Origin: a virus
Taxonomy: Duplodnaviria > Caudoviricetes
Strand: one strand, 5' to 3'
Virus record (IMG/VR): IMGVR_UViG_3300047171_000080
Location: 520 to 64,519 of that record
DNA length: 64,000 bases
In this document: positions 48,225-58,347 of the stretch, piece by piece
Position numbering within the stretch: the stretch's first letter is position 1
Layout: each line of letters starts with the position of its first letter
Notes under the pieces: generated by a model
The model's database searches: none
What the model saw: the letters and a program-made list of their open reading frames with translations, nothing else
Told to the model about the DNA's origin: nothing
Program-made: the position numbers and the translations under genes

Positions 48225-48393
48225 TCGTTCTCCCTCGCTGATTGAGATCAGCCACTAACACGTAGATCGCGACGTCTCGGTCGTCGCTCGAAATTCTTGG
48301 AATCGCGACGGTAATGCCGCGGGTGATCAAGGCGGACGCGATCGCGATCGCGTCGGGCATCGAATACCCACCCCCCCCCCCCCCCCCCGTCAT
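48217..48393 (-). CDS. 58-aa ORF with N-terminal poly-Gly encoded by a G18 tract
   Basis: ATGA overlap start; reads in frame through G18 to a TAA overlapping the next gene. Confidence 0.45.
   Translation of the reverse strand: MTGGGGGGGYSMPDAIAIASALITRGITVAIPRISSDDRDVAIYVLVADLNQRGRTNG
48371..48388. repeat. C18 homopolymer (G18 on the coding strand)
   Basis: Seen directly. Confidence 0.9.
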
Positions 48394-48635
48394 AGGATCG
48401 TAAACCCGCGTTTTTCAAACGCCTCGATTATGTCAATGACGATCTCCGGCGCATCGGCTGGAGCAACGCCCACGGTCCGTGCAATCAACAGCACGTCGAT
48501 ACGGCTGAATCTCGCAAGGGCGACACATGAAGAACAGAGCGTGTGCGCGTCGTCCGCCCAGGTGCATCCGCCATCGCACGCTCGGCGATCGGTGCATCTG
48601 CAGATACGGCACTTCCCAGAGGGCGGCGTTCTCAC
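48390..48635 (-). CDS. Cys-rich small protein
   Basis: CRICRCTD..AC.GGC.W...LCS.C motif. Confidence 0.65.
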   Translation of the reverse strand: MRTPPSGKCRICRCTDRRACDGGCTWADDAHTLCSSCVALARFSRIDVLLIARTVGVAPADAPEIVIDIIEAFEKRGFTIL

Positions 48636-49261
48636 GACATCACCGCCTTGACGTCGTCGCCAGCGCACGCTGCCGTCGCGTCGAATAAAGTGATCGCATC
48701 AACCGCACGATCGCTGACCACATGCGCCTTGAGAGGGTCGAACACCGCAAAGTCCTCGATAAATTTACCGACAGTAGCCGGATCAAAGCCGCCGGCGCCG
48801 ACGCGCCGCCGTGTGTAGACCAGCTGACGCGTCTTGAACTCAATCAGCATCGCGACTTTGTTGCCGCGCGCCGGGCGCCTTAGCGTCTCAACATGGATCC
48901 ATGCGATGAGCTTGCGATCGAGAGCAACTAACGCGAGCATATCCGCTCCGTCTAGCGTGATCGCACGATCGCCAGTTCGCGATCGCCGCAGAGCGAAGCG
49001 ATAAACCGGAAAGCAACCGGCTCGTTCGTACATCCGCGTCGTGCATTTCACTTGAACACGGCTAAAACGTCCGTCGCCGAGATCAACGACGATGTCGTAC
49101 GGCTGACCCGCGTCGGCGATCATCGCATTCCAGCCTTGCAAAATAAGATCTGCGCAGACGAGATGCTCCGCAGCCTTGGCGACCTGGAGCGTCGACGATA
49201 AACCGTCCGCACGCTTTGCCTGCGATCTACGAATGCGGATGTCGGCAGGTTCTGGCATCAT
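48632..49261 (-). CDS. PD-(D/E)XK endonuclease (intron-associated type)
   Basis: AEHLV...L...G, PYDIVVD, RVQVK. Confidence 0.75.
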   Translation of the reverse strand: MMPEPADIRIRRSQAKRADGLSSTLQVAKAAEHLVCADLILQGWNAMIADAGQPYDIVVDLGDGRFSRVQVKCTTRMYERAGCFPVYRFALRRSRTGDRAITLDGADMLALVALDRKLIAWIHVETLRRPARGNKVAMLIEFKTRQLVYTRRRVGAGGFDPATVGKFIEDFAVFDPLKAHVVSDRAVDAITLFDATAACAGDDVKAVMS

Positions 49262-50150
49262 GCGACTTCCTTTTGGCCGCGGAGCGGCCGCGATTCGGCG
49301 TAGCGCGCTAGCATGATCAACAGCGACGAAAGGATCGTATTGCCATCGGATCTCTCTATGTCGGCGTAGCGATAAAGCGCCGTGACGAGAATCTCGTGCT
49401 CGCGGCGCGTGAGCGGCTCCAACGCTAACCCCATGACGTCAGACTCGCGATCCGTTCGCGCGCCGCCATCGCGAGATGAAAGCACGACTCGCAGCGGCAC
49501 GCTTCGACCGTCGCGCACAGTGTTTCGAGCGCCGCGACGCGCGCGCCGATCGACCCGGGCGCACTTTCCTTTGCGCGCGGTATATTCGTTCGCAGCAACA
49601 CGTCCGATGGGACGCTTTGCGTCGCCGTCGATTGGATCTCGGCAGTCTTCTTGCGACTCACGATGGCGGCACCGCGAGGCGGTATTTTACGAGCTCGCAA
49701 AACTGTTCCGGCGACACGACGAGTTCGCCGCGCTCGAACCGATACGTGGCTTCGGTATCCGTCGCGACAACCGAAAGCAATGAACCGAGCTTCGAGATGT
49801 CGATGGTCGAGCGCGGTACTTCGCTCGCGCTTTCGAAGAGCGGGCCGTTCATGCGACGCCTTCCACATCGGCGTTACGCCGTACGAGCGCACAAAGGCGT
49901 TCACAAAGCGTATCGTACGGCAGCGCCGCGATCGCGGCGCGCACGAGCTCGCGATCGCAAACTACAGCTGGCTGATGAGTCGGACGGAAATACCTCGCGC
50001 GACGAAGCGCTGCTGCAGTCGATTTCCGGTCACGATCGGGAAAGGCCGCGATCGCCGCGGCGACGCCGCCTTCGCGATACCGCTCAAGTAATGTCGCTTC
50101 ATCGCGCGTGCTCCAAACCAGTCGCGTCGTACGCGTTCGCCCGCTGCCCA

Positions 50151-51533
50151 TCAGACGAACTCCATCTGCGGCTCTTCGACCGGCTCTGGCTGTGGCTCGA
50201 ACCACGGCGGATTTCCGCCCTCGAGCCACATGGATCGCGCCCCGACAAACTCCATGTTGTCGACGACGCCGCTCTCGCCCTCACGCGCGCCGAGCACGAT
50301 GAATTTGCCCTCGCGGCGTTCGTCCGGCGTGCCGTTGGGTCTGGGACGATAGGGCGCGACGATCGCGTGTGCATGGCCTTCGGGGTTGCCCCCATCGCGT
50401 ATATCGCGCATCGTCGGCGGCCCGTTCATGCCTTCGCGGTTCACGTGCTGGACCGCGTGCACAACGAGTCCAAATTCTTTCGCGAGTCGCAGCAGCGATC
50501 GATAGACGAAATCCATGCGGTCGTTTTTGGTCGATCGATCGCCCTTGGCCGCATCGACGTCGCCTAGAAAGTTGATGCCGTCGATGCAGAGCGCACGGAT
50601 CCGCTGCGTGCGCGAGAGCACGCGTAGCTCGCGACGCAGATCCGAGAGCCGCATAACGCTCCGCAGATCGTAGAGATAGAGCGGCCGCTCCGCCATCTTC
50701 TCGATACCGAGTGCGATCTTGGTGAACTCGTATTCGGACAAATCGCCTTCGCGCTGCCGGCGAACCGAAACACCGCCGTAAAGCGCGCCGTAGCGCATCG
50801 AGATCTCCGCTTCTTGCATTTCAAGCGATGCGAGCGCGACGGCGCCGTAGTGCGCGGCGATGAAATCGCAGAGTTGAAACAGATTCGCGCTCTTGCCCGA
50901 CTTTGCGGCCGCTGGCCAGAGCACCATTTCGCCCGGCATGACGGCGCCGATAAGCTTGTTGAGGCGAGGGTACGGCGTCAGGATCGCGTCGCTATCAACG
51001 GTGCCGGTCGAGCGCTCGAGCAAACGCATATAATTCGCTTTAAGCGCGGCGTAGATGTGAACGCCGCCGGTCTTTGGAGCTCCGCGATCGACAGCAGCGG
51101 AGAACGCAGTTTCTGCTTCCGCGATCGCGGCGTCTACGTCCATCTCGCCGTCGAATCCGATCGACGAAATCCGCTGGCCGGCTGCGATGAGATCGCGGAG
51201 TCGAGACTTCTCGCGCACGATGTTGGCGAAATACTCGGCCGTACTCGCATCGCCAAGCGACTCGGCACAGAGCGACGACAGATACGCAAGGCCACCGACG
51301 TGCTCGAGCTTCTGGCGATCGCGCAGTCTTTCCGCGACGCTAATCTTATCGACCGGTTTACTCGCCGTTGCGAGTTCCGTGATCGTGCTCCAAATAGTTT
51401 CATGCACGACGGAATAGAAATCGCGCGGCGCAACGATGTCGACCGCGGCGTCCACTGCTTCACGTGAAACAAGTGCGGCACCAATCGTTGCCATTTCCGA
51501 CTCAAGCGACGACGGCGGAATACGATCGCTCAT
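50151..51533 (-). CDS. dnaB: DnaB-like replicative helicase
   Basis: PPSSLESE N-terminus, SGKS Walker A, SLEM, LAKE, Q.NR, RDGGNPE. Confidence 0.85.
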   Translation of the reverse strand: MSDRIPPSSLESEMATIGAALVSREAVDAAVDIVAPRDFYSVVHETIWSTITELATASKPVDKISVAERLRDRQKLEHVGGLAYLSSLCAESLGDASTAEYFANIVREKSRLRDLIAAGQRISSIGFDGEMDVDAAIAEAETAFSAAVDRGAPKTGGVHIYAALKANYMRLLERSTGTVDSDAILTPYPRLNKLIGAVMPGEMVLWPAAAKSGKSANLFQLCDFIAAHYGAVALASLEMQEAEISMRYGALYGGVSVRRQREGDLSEYEFTKIALGIEKMAERPLYLYDLRSVMRLSDLRRELRVLSRTQRIRALCIDGINFLGDVDAAKGDRSTKNDRMDFVYRSLLRLAKEFGLVVHAVQHVNREGMNGPPTMRDIRDGGNPEGHAHAIVAPYRPRPNGTPDERREGKFIVLGAREGESGVVDNMEFVGARSMWLEGGNPPWFEPQPEPVEEPQMEFV

Positions 51534-51765
51534 GCGATCACTCCGAGCGCGCGTAGATGCTCCACGAGAGCGTCGGCAGCGCGCGCGCGCACGCCCGGGA
51601 TCTGCACGCATGTTCCGCGCGCCTTGTGCGTCCCGATCGCGTTACGGCTCAAAAGTTCCGCGTTGCAATCCGGGCAGTGGACCGCACCAAACTCCGACAG
51701 GCGTTTTTCACGAGCGGCATGATATTGCTGGTGCGCACTACCCGTGCGTCGCATCGCGAGTACGC

Positions 51766-52521
51766 TCATTTCGTCGCGGCCTTCGCGAGCTGCTCGATGC
51801 ACGCGTACACCGCGGGCCCTGCGACTCGCAGATCTCGCACGAGTTGCGGCACGACGAAATTCGTGAGCCGCTTGCGCACGATGTCCGTGTCGCCTTTGTC
51901 GATCGTCGCCTTGAGCGGGCCGCCCGGCATTGCGATCGGATCGGGTTCTTTGGCCGCATGCGTGCCGTTCGCAAGCGTCGGGCCCACGTAGTCCGCCTTG
52001 ATCGTGCAAATTTGCATGCGCAGATCCTCGGCGCGCTTAACGGCCGCCGCGTGCAGCTTTTCGAGCCGTTTCGTCTTGCGATTTTTCGCGGCGGCTTCGC
52101 GCTCTTGGGCGCGTCGGAGTTGCTGCGCCGCGGCGTAGTCGCGTTCGGCCGCAAGCTGCGCGAGCTTGGCTTGCGTCGCCGCGATCCGCGCGTCGTATTT
52201 TTCCTGGATCGTAAGCTTTTGGGCCGCAGTTTTCTTCCCGGAAGTTCCGGGGTTGCGGGCGACGACGACGTCGTTTCCGTGTCCCGCGCTCTTGCCGGCG
52301 AGCGAGATGCCATTCACGGCACACGCCTGTCGGATGCCGCCTTCGGAGCGATCGGAGAAGTGCGCGGCCGCAGCGGAAAAACCGCCCGAGTCTACCAGCT
52401 CGCGGAGTTTCGAAACGCGCTCGTCGTCCCAAAATTTACTCACCGATACCCCCCCCCCCCCGGTGTGGATAAAGTGCGGGAACCATGCGACGATCGCCGC
52501 AAGCAAGACGCCTCGGATCAT
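51766..52521 (-). CDS. Hypothetical protein (Myb/HTH-like region and coiled coil) with a G13 tract near the 5' end
   Basis: FWDDERVSKLREL...DRSEGGIRQ; an alternative GTG start follows the tract. Confidence 0.55.
   Translation of the reverse strand: MIRGVLLAAIVAWFPHFIHTGGGGVSVSKFWDDERVSKLRELVDSGGFSAAAAHFSDRSEGGIRQACAVNGISLAGKSAGHGNDVVVARNPGTSGKKTAAQKLTIQEKYDARIAATQAKLAQLAAERDYAAAQQLRRAQEREAAAKNRKTKRLEKLHAAAVKRAEDLRMQICTIKADYVGPTLANGTHAAKEPDPIAMPGGPLKATIDKGDTDIVRKRLTNFVVPQLVRDLRVAGPAVYACIEQLAKAATK
52449..52461. repeat. C13 homopolymer (G13 on the coding strand)
   Basis: Seen directly. Confidence 0.85.
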
Positions 52522-53447
52522 GCGCGCTGATCCTCGGGCACCGTGTAGGGCAGCCCGTCGATCGAACCGTCGTCCACGCCGCGACGTGCGCCGATGATCG
52601 GCTTCGAATCGCGCGGCGGAAGAAAAGCGACGGCGGTCTTCGCCGACGCCCCGAAAAGCGGTTTGCCGTTTTGCGATAGCCATGCGTCGCAGAATGCTCG
52701 CCACGTATCGGCGACAGAGGCGCCACGAGAGCGAAAGATCGCGAGCGCAGCCACGTAATCAGGCCCATGTTTTTTTTGCGCGTCTGGCGATTTCGCGTTG
52801 CCGAAAGCCGCGAGAAACTTTTGGGCCACGCGCTTGAGCGGCTCGATTTCCTCGGGCAGCATGGCCGGAAGCGACTCTGGCAACAGAGGCGGTTCGAGGC
52901 TTTTTTCCGTTCCGAGCGCGGTAGTTACGCTAGTAACTACCGAAGTAGCGTCAGCTACTTCTCTGTTCTTACTTCTCTGTTCTACCGGGTTACATTGCGT
53001 TACCGTAACGTTACGCCGCGTTACACGTAACGCTTGTGTAACGCCATTCTCGCCGTTACTTGGCGCGTTACCCGATGCGTTACGCTGTAACGCTTTTTGC
53101 TCGCGATGTTTGCGAACGCGTTCTGCGCTGGACGACCTTCTAGGCGTCGTTTGCTCTTCAAAACGGGCCACCATTATGCAGCCGTCCTCACGAATGACCC
53201 AGAGCCCGATGTCGACGAGCTCTTCCAAAATCGATCGCATTCGGGAGCGCTCGACGTACAGATCGTCGGCCAATTCGTCGATCGTAAAGAAGCCGACGCT
53301 GCTCTGAAATGTTCCGACTTCGAAGCCGTCGTCGGCGCATTCTTGGGCCAAAGTGAGCCCTTTGAAGTAGACGAAACCAGCCCGATCGGATACGCGCCTG
53401 AGCCGCTTTGAATGGCGAACGCTAGTCTCGACTTTAACGAACGGCAT
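52518..53447 (-). CDS. Replication initiator/replisome organizer
   Basis: N-terminal wHTH, SAERVRKHR basic helix, internal iterons; upstream of DnaB. Confidence 0.75.
   Translation of the reverse strand: MPFVKVETSVRHSKRLRRVSDRAGFVYFKGLTLAQECADDGFEVGTFQSSVGFFTIDELADDLYVERSRMRSILEELVDIGLWVIREDGCIMVARFEEQTTPRRSSSAERVRKHREQKALQRNASGNAPSNGENGVTQALRVTRRNVTVTQCNPVEQRSKNREVADATSVVTSVTTALGTEKSLEPPLLPESLPAMLPEEIEPLKRVAQKFLAAFGNAKSPDAQKKHGPDYVAALAIFRSRGASVADTWRAFCDAWLSQNGKPLFGASAKTAVAFLPPRDSKPIIGARRGVDDGSIDGLPYTVPEDQRA
52921..53092. repeat. Cluster of GTTAC/GTAAC iterons: putative phage replication origin
   Basis: More than 10 GTTAC/GTAAC half-sites, including palindrome GTAGTTACGCTAGTAACTAC. Confidence 0.7.
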
Positions 53448-54021
53448 GAAAACTGAAAACCATCCTCGGTCATAAGAAGCGAGCTCGCGGCACCGAAATT
53501 TGAAGCATCAGGGCGTCACCGCCGCGCGTATGATCTGCGCGACGAAATAGAGCCCGCAGAGCCCCAGAATCGTCCACTGGATGGCATCGCCGCGAGACAT
53601 CTTGCGCGGCAGACGCGCGGGATGTTCAGACTCGCGCCAGCCCGATCGCCATGTCGCCGGCTGCGGCAACGCGCCGTCCTGGCCACGCTCGTACCGTCGA
53701 CGTTGACCGGCTGCGATCGTCGCGTACGGATGCGCCTTCATCGACCTGATCCTCGCGCTGCGCGGCGCGCCCTATAGAAATCGAGCAACTCGCATAGCGA
53801 GCCGATCATCGGCGTTTCGCCTGCGTTCGCGATAGCGACGAGCCGCGAGCGAAAGCATTCCGGACAGACCGGCCACATCGATATCTCGTCTCGGACCTGT
53901 GAACCCACGGTTTGCGTAGGCACGAAAAGGCATTCGGGCTCGCCGGGCATCGACAGATTCGGTCCCGAGCAAAGAACCGTTCCGCTGCGTATATTTTGCC
54001 GCTGCTCATCTACTAAGATCT

Positions 54022-54297
54022 TCACGCCTCGGCCGCCGCCGTCTCACGCGGCTCAAGCACGATCTGACCGAGCAACGTGCACGTGACACTCGGATTGTTT
54101 TTGACCAAAACGCCAAATGCGACTCCGAACGACTCGGCACTTTCGATCTCCGCCATCGTTTCTGGCGTGACGGGCGTATACGAATAGAGCCCGCTTTCGC
54201 CGGATTTTTTGGGCGGGAACGCGACCTCCATCGTCTGGGTCGCGGCGTCGTATCCGTACTCCGCGATCGCGCGGGAGTTTGCGGGCTTTCTATCCAT
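54022..54297 (-). CDS. KTSC domain protein
   Basis: S.AIAEYGYD.....EVAF...GLYSY..V....AESFG. Confidence 0.8.
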   Translation of the reverse strand: MDRKPANSRAIAEYGYDAATQTMEVAFPPKKSGESGLYSYTPVTPETMAEIESAESFGVAFGVLVKNNPSVTCTLLGQIVLEPRETAAAEA

Positions 54298-55303
54298 GCG
54301 TCCGTCCTTTCAGCCGCTGAAGAAATACGTTGACCGAGCGCATCGATAACCGCCGTAGCTCGTATGTGGTCTCGCCGTCGATCTCAAGCGAGACCGACGC
54401 GATGAGATCCGATGCCTCGGTTTCGGAGAGCTTCGCGCGCTCGATCGCGCGCTCAAGATTGGTCACGACGCCATCTGCGAGCAATCCACCGGAACCGTGA
54501 AGTGCCGCATTATGCGTTGCTGGCGGCCGCTCTTGATCAGCGGGGTACGCCGAAGGTAACGGCAACGCGTTGAGCGCGGCGATGAGCGTTTCGGCTTCGC
54601 GAGCATCGAGCGACTCGAGCTTTGTACTGCCGGTCGCACTGACGGACCGTACGAGCTCTTTCATGCGATCGGACTCGAGCGCGATTTCGCGAGCAAGTGC
54701 GCTCGTTCGGATCTGCGCGCGCTGCCGATCGCTGGGTGGCCCGACCTCTTCGCGGTTTTCTGCGCCGCGCTGCGTCGGCAACGCCTGACCCGAATTATGC
54801 TCGGGACGGCACAGCGACGTTATCGCTTTACCGCCGCCGACGAATGTGATGAGCGTAACGTACCCGAACTTGATCGTGTCGTTCGCGCCTTCGCACATCG
54901 TCGGATCGTCGGTCGGCTGACCGCCGCGCGAGTACTTCACTTTCGGCGGCATCGTCTTGCCGTGTTTTTTCTCTTCGCCGAAGTCCCGGCGCTTGTACAA
55001 GTCGCCGCGGTAGTAGACGCCTTCGCCTTCGCCATCGCGAAACGTCACGTGCTTCGCACCGATCAAAGACCAATCGAACGTCTCGTGCATCGCGTACGGC
55101 AGCGTGTAGCCGCCGCGCGGGATCTCCGCGCCCGACGACCACCCGCGCGCGCCGAACTGCCGCATCGCAGCGTACGCATCGTCGATGCTCGCTACTTCAA
55201 CGAACAGCTCCATGCCGATCTGATTGACCACGCGCAGCGTCGCGCGGCGCGCATTCGCGTTGCGCAGATCGCGGACGTTGTCCGCAACTTCCGGCGCGCT
55301 CAC
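54290..55303 (-). CDS. ddrB: DdrB-like ssDNA-binding/annealing protein with C-terminal extension
   Basis: GW.SG.IP.GGY.LP....FDWSLIGA, Y.RR, P..VKYSRG, YVTL..F.GG match Deinococcus DdrB as recalled. Confidence 0.8.
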   Translation of the reverse strand: MSAPEVADNVRDLRNANARRATLRVVNQIGMELFVEVASIDDAYAAMRQFGARGWSSGAEIPRGGYTLPYAMHETFDWSLIGAKHVTFRDGEGEGVYYRGDLYKRRDFGEEKKHGKTMPPKVKYSRGGQPTDDPTMCEGANDTIKFGYVTLITFVGGGKAITSLCRPEHNSGQALPTQRGAENREEVGPPSDRQRAQIRTSALAREIALESDRMKELVRSVSATGSTKLESLDAREAETLIAALNALPLPSAYPADQERPPATHNAALHGSGGLLADGVVTNLERAIERAKLSETEASDLIASVSLEIDGETTYELRRLSMRSVNVFLQRLKGRTHG

Positions 55304-56082
55304 GCCGACGCCTCGACGGTTTTCATCGGAGCGGACACGGCGTGTGGCTTGATCGTCAGCTTGTCGCGGCCGCGCGCACGTGGCATCGCGGCTTTGATCG
55401 CGGTCTCCACGGCGGTTCCGGTATGCTTCTTCGCGATCCCCATGATCGCGACCGAAGATCCCGGCGTGATTACTTCCGGACGTCGATGCGCCGCGACCGT
55501 AATGGTCACGGACGTGTCGCCGGGGGCGCCGGCGAGCGCGCGCGCAAGCTCCTTGACCGTCGTCGTGAACGTGCGTTCCTCGACGTCGGCAGCGGGCGCG
55601 ACCGTGACAAGTTTCGCGGCCTCGTCCGGCGACAGATCGCGAGCGATCAGCTGCAGCGAATGGACGTCCGGCCGATACGCCTCGAACGTGCTTTCCAATT
55701 CGAAGAGAACGGTCGGATCTGGGATCGAGACCTTCGTAACGTCCGCGGCGTCGCGACGTTTCTGCAGGCGGCGCATGACGCCATCCTCGCCGATGCGGTT
55801 GACCCAGTCGATCGGTGCGATGTACTTCGCCAGTCGGTCCTCTCTGACCGCACGAGCTTCTTTTACGATGCTCTTGAGGCGATCGTCATCGATCGAGTCG
55901 ATGAGCGCGTCGAACTGCTCGCGGCTAGCGAGAAGCGCGTCGCGTTCGGCTGGCGACGCGTTCGAGACGCGGAACAGCCACATGAGGTTGGCGACGTCTA
56001 CCTTGAGCGGATCCGCCGCCAATTTGGCGACGATGCGCGCGGTGTCGGTAAGGACGACCGGTGCGAGCGTGCTATCGGACAT
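55300..56082 (-). CDS. Hypothetical recombination-module protein
   Basis: Coupled directly upstream of the DdrB-like gene. Confidence 0.55.
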   Translation of the reverse strand: MSDSTLAPVVLTDTARIVAKLAADPLKVDVANLMWLFRVSNASPAERDALLASREQFDALIDSIDDDRLKSIVKEARAVREDRLAKYIAPIDWVNRIGEDGVMRRLQKRRDAADVTKVSIPDPTVLFELESTFEAYRPDVHSLQLIARDLSPDEAAKLVTVAPAADVEERTFTTTVKELARALAGAPGDTSVTITVAAHRRPEVITPGSSVAIMGIAKKHTGTAVETAIKAAMPRARGRDKLTIKPHAVSAPMKTVEASA

Positions 56083-56366
56083 TGCGGTCGCTCACGATCG
56101 CGCGCAACACCACATAGGTGCCGATGCAGACGAGAAGTATGGTCACGACGCCGATAACAATCGCGGCGTTGACGTCGGAAGCGTTGCTGAGGTCGCTCAT
56201 ACGTTCGACTCCAAACGTAGTTCGTCGCTGGCATCGGTGGTAAGCCGATAGAGCTGGACCACAAGGATCTTTGCAGCCACGGCGTTGGGAGCGTCGGTTT
56301 CTGCGAACTCAAGCATCGCCGACGCGCGACGCAGTTCGGACGCGATGTCTTTACGTGTTCTCGCGG

Positions 56367-56627
56367 TCATGCGACCACCCGGGGAGAGGTCTCTTCGGCC
56401 AGCGTTCCGAGGTCGTCTGCGAGTTTTTGGATGAGCGGTCGTAATAGGCTCGCCGGCGACACGCCTTCAGAAATGCGGCAGAGCGATGCGCGGGCTTGAG
56501 CGACGAGTCGATCGTACTCTTCGATCGCGTAGCACGATGCGCAGTACGGGCGCTGCAGAGGCAACCCGCGGCGATCGTAGACGGTGAAAAGTTTTAGGGC
56601 CGGAGCAGCGCAGTCGATGCATTCCAT
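56367..56627 (-). CDS. Small Zn-finger protein
   Basis: CIDC...YCASC. Confidence 0.5.
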   Translation of the reverse strand: MECIDCAAPALKLFTVYDRRGLPLQRPYCASCYAIEEYDRLVAQARASLCRISEGVSPASLLRPLIQKLADDLGTLAEETSPRVVA

Positions 56628-57095
56628 TAACGCGTCACCATCGTGAAAACGAGGGATAGCACGTCGTGGCCATGCGTGATAACGTTCAAACTCGGACCGC
56701 TCGGGCTAAATCGCGCTAACGGGCTATTTGACGTGGACTTTGCGGTGCGCGATACACAGCTTGCAGGATGTGCGGATACGCTCACGGCGTCACGCTCTCC
56801 CAAAACGAGTCGGCGATCTTCGCCGGGCGGACCGGCTCGACGCCGATCGACGGTGACGGAACCGGCTTGCCGATCGCGGCATAGTCACCGTCCTCGACGA
56901 CGATAACAAACTCTTGCGTAAGCGGTCCATCGGATGAACCCAAACGAAACGGCTTCGAGAGCGACGCCTGCACGACCGAGAGCATGGCGTCACGGTCCTT
57001 ACCGACGGTATCGACCAGACTATCGTCAATGTATACGTCGACGTGATCGGGAACGCCGACGAGAGCGGCACGCAGATCCCCGGCGCAAAAACGGT

Positions 57096-57596
57096 TCACG
57101 CGAACGCACCCGACGCGAGCTTTGCGAAATAGTTTTTGTCGATAACGGGCAGAGGCGCTTCGGTGAGCTCGTAATCGTAGCTGCAATGAAAGCAACGCGC
57201 GACGTCGTCGGCACCGATCGCGACGGCAGCGCGATCAGAATGCGATGCGCAGGCAGTCTCGTACCAGGATTTGCCGCGACCGAGGCGCGCCGTAGGCGTG
57301 TGCCGCGCGTGCAGGCCGCAGAGATTTTGCTCGGTCTTTGGGTCATAATGGCCGGCGCGAGCGTTGCACAGGCGCGTCGCATTGCGTCCGCGTTTGAGTG
57401 CGCGATCGCACGTAGCGATCTCCGCGCGAACGATTCGCCGCGTGCCGTTCGCGCGCGAAATCAGCTTGACGGGGGTGGCCCAGTCGGGTAACGTGGACAT
57501 CGGTACAGTCCCTATGCGGCCGCGATGGTGAGACATCGCGGCCGCGGTCGTTTCCGCGATCGTCGCGGAGCCGCCGGCGCAGAGCGCCGAAATCAT
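57096..57596 (-). CDS. Cys/His-rich hypothetical protein
   Basis: C...CNARA...LCGLH, CASH, CFHC. Confidence 0.45.
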   Translation of the reverse strand: MISALCAGGSATIAETTAAAMSHHRGRIGTVPMSTLPDWATPVKLISRANGTRRIVRAEIATCDRALKRGRNATRLCNARAGHYDPKTEQNLCGLHARHTPTARLGRGKSWYETACASHSDRAAVAIGADDVARCFHCSYDYELTEAPLPVIDKNYFAKLASGAFA

Positions 57597-57829
57597 TTGC
57601 CGCCTGCTGCGGCTGCGGGCCGACCAGTCGCGAGGTAGGACAGCCAGTCGACCTCCGCAACGCGATCGATCTTGCCGACGCGCGTCGGCAAGAGCGCGCC
57701 CGTTTCGATGAGGCGCGTGACGGTTTCGCTCGAGACGCCGTAGGTGCGCTCGATCTCGGCCTTCGTGAGGAGCTTCTGCCCGGTGAGGGCGCGAGCGCGC
57801 AGCGTCGCGGCGCCGCGGAAGCCGCTCAC
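57593..57829 (-). CDS. Excisionase-like HTH_17 protein
   Basis: LLTKAEI...GVS.ETV.RLI.TG.L...RVG. Confidence 0.75.
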   Translation of the reverse strand: MSGFRGAATLRARALTGQKLLTKAEIERTYGVSSETVTRLIETGALLPTRVGKIDRVAEVDWLSYLATGRPAAAAGGK

Positions 57830-58012
57830 GCGACCATCCCTGGGCGAGATCCGCTCGCGAGCATAGCCGTCTCGACGCGGAGTCGGTTTCGTAGCGCGAG
57901 CGCTTCGCGGGCGTGGCGATCAAGCATAGCTTGTGCCTCGACGGCCATCTCCTCGGCGCGCGCGATCTCCCGCGCAGTGCCGGGGCGTGATATGGTTTCG
58001 CGAGCCATGACG

Positions 58013-58267
58013 CTATGCAACCGCCGCGGCGTTTTTGCTCTGCTCGATTTCGCTTTCGAGCGGAGCTGCGATGATTATCGCCAGATCAGCGACGTCAACA
58101 CGCAAGAGTTCGGCCAGGGTGGGAATAGCTCGAGCTGGCGGACGAGTTTTGCCGTGCGCCCAGCTATTGACCGTGCCGCGCGACGTCTTAATGCCACGTT
58201 CTGTCAATGCAGTCGCAATAAACGTCTGCGAGATACCGCGGAACAAGTCCGAAAGTGTACGGCTCAC
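58013..58267 (-). CDS. Cro-like XRE HTH (leaderless)
   Basis: SQTFIA...SRGTVNSW..G...P...LAELLRV; TTGACA-18-TACAGT promoter ends 6 nt before the GTG. Confidence 0.75.
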   Translation of the reverse strand: MSRTLSDLFRGISQTFIATALTERGIKTSRGTVNSWAHGKTRPPARAIPTLAELLRVDVADLAIIIAAPLESEIEQSKNAAAVA

Positions 58268-58325
58268 AGGACGACTGTACGTCCTAGCGGGCCATAATGT
58301 CAAGTATGTCGGACGAATTCGTCCG
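58268..58325. promoter_or_regulatory. Immunity region: leftward promoter and GGACG-n-CGTCC operators
   Basis: AGGACGACTGTACGTCCT (58268-85) and CGGACGAATTCGTCCG (58310-25). Confidence 0.6.
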
Positions 58326-58347
58326 GCGGCCACGTCACAGTTACGTC

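Noticed and set aside
48632-49261. Group I intron around the PD-(D/E)XK nuclease
   Set aside because: The ORF is coupled directly to its neighbours with no room for intron core elements
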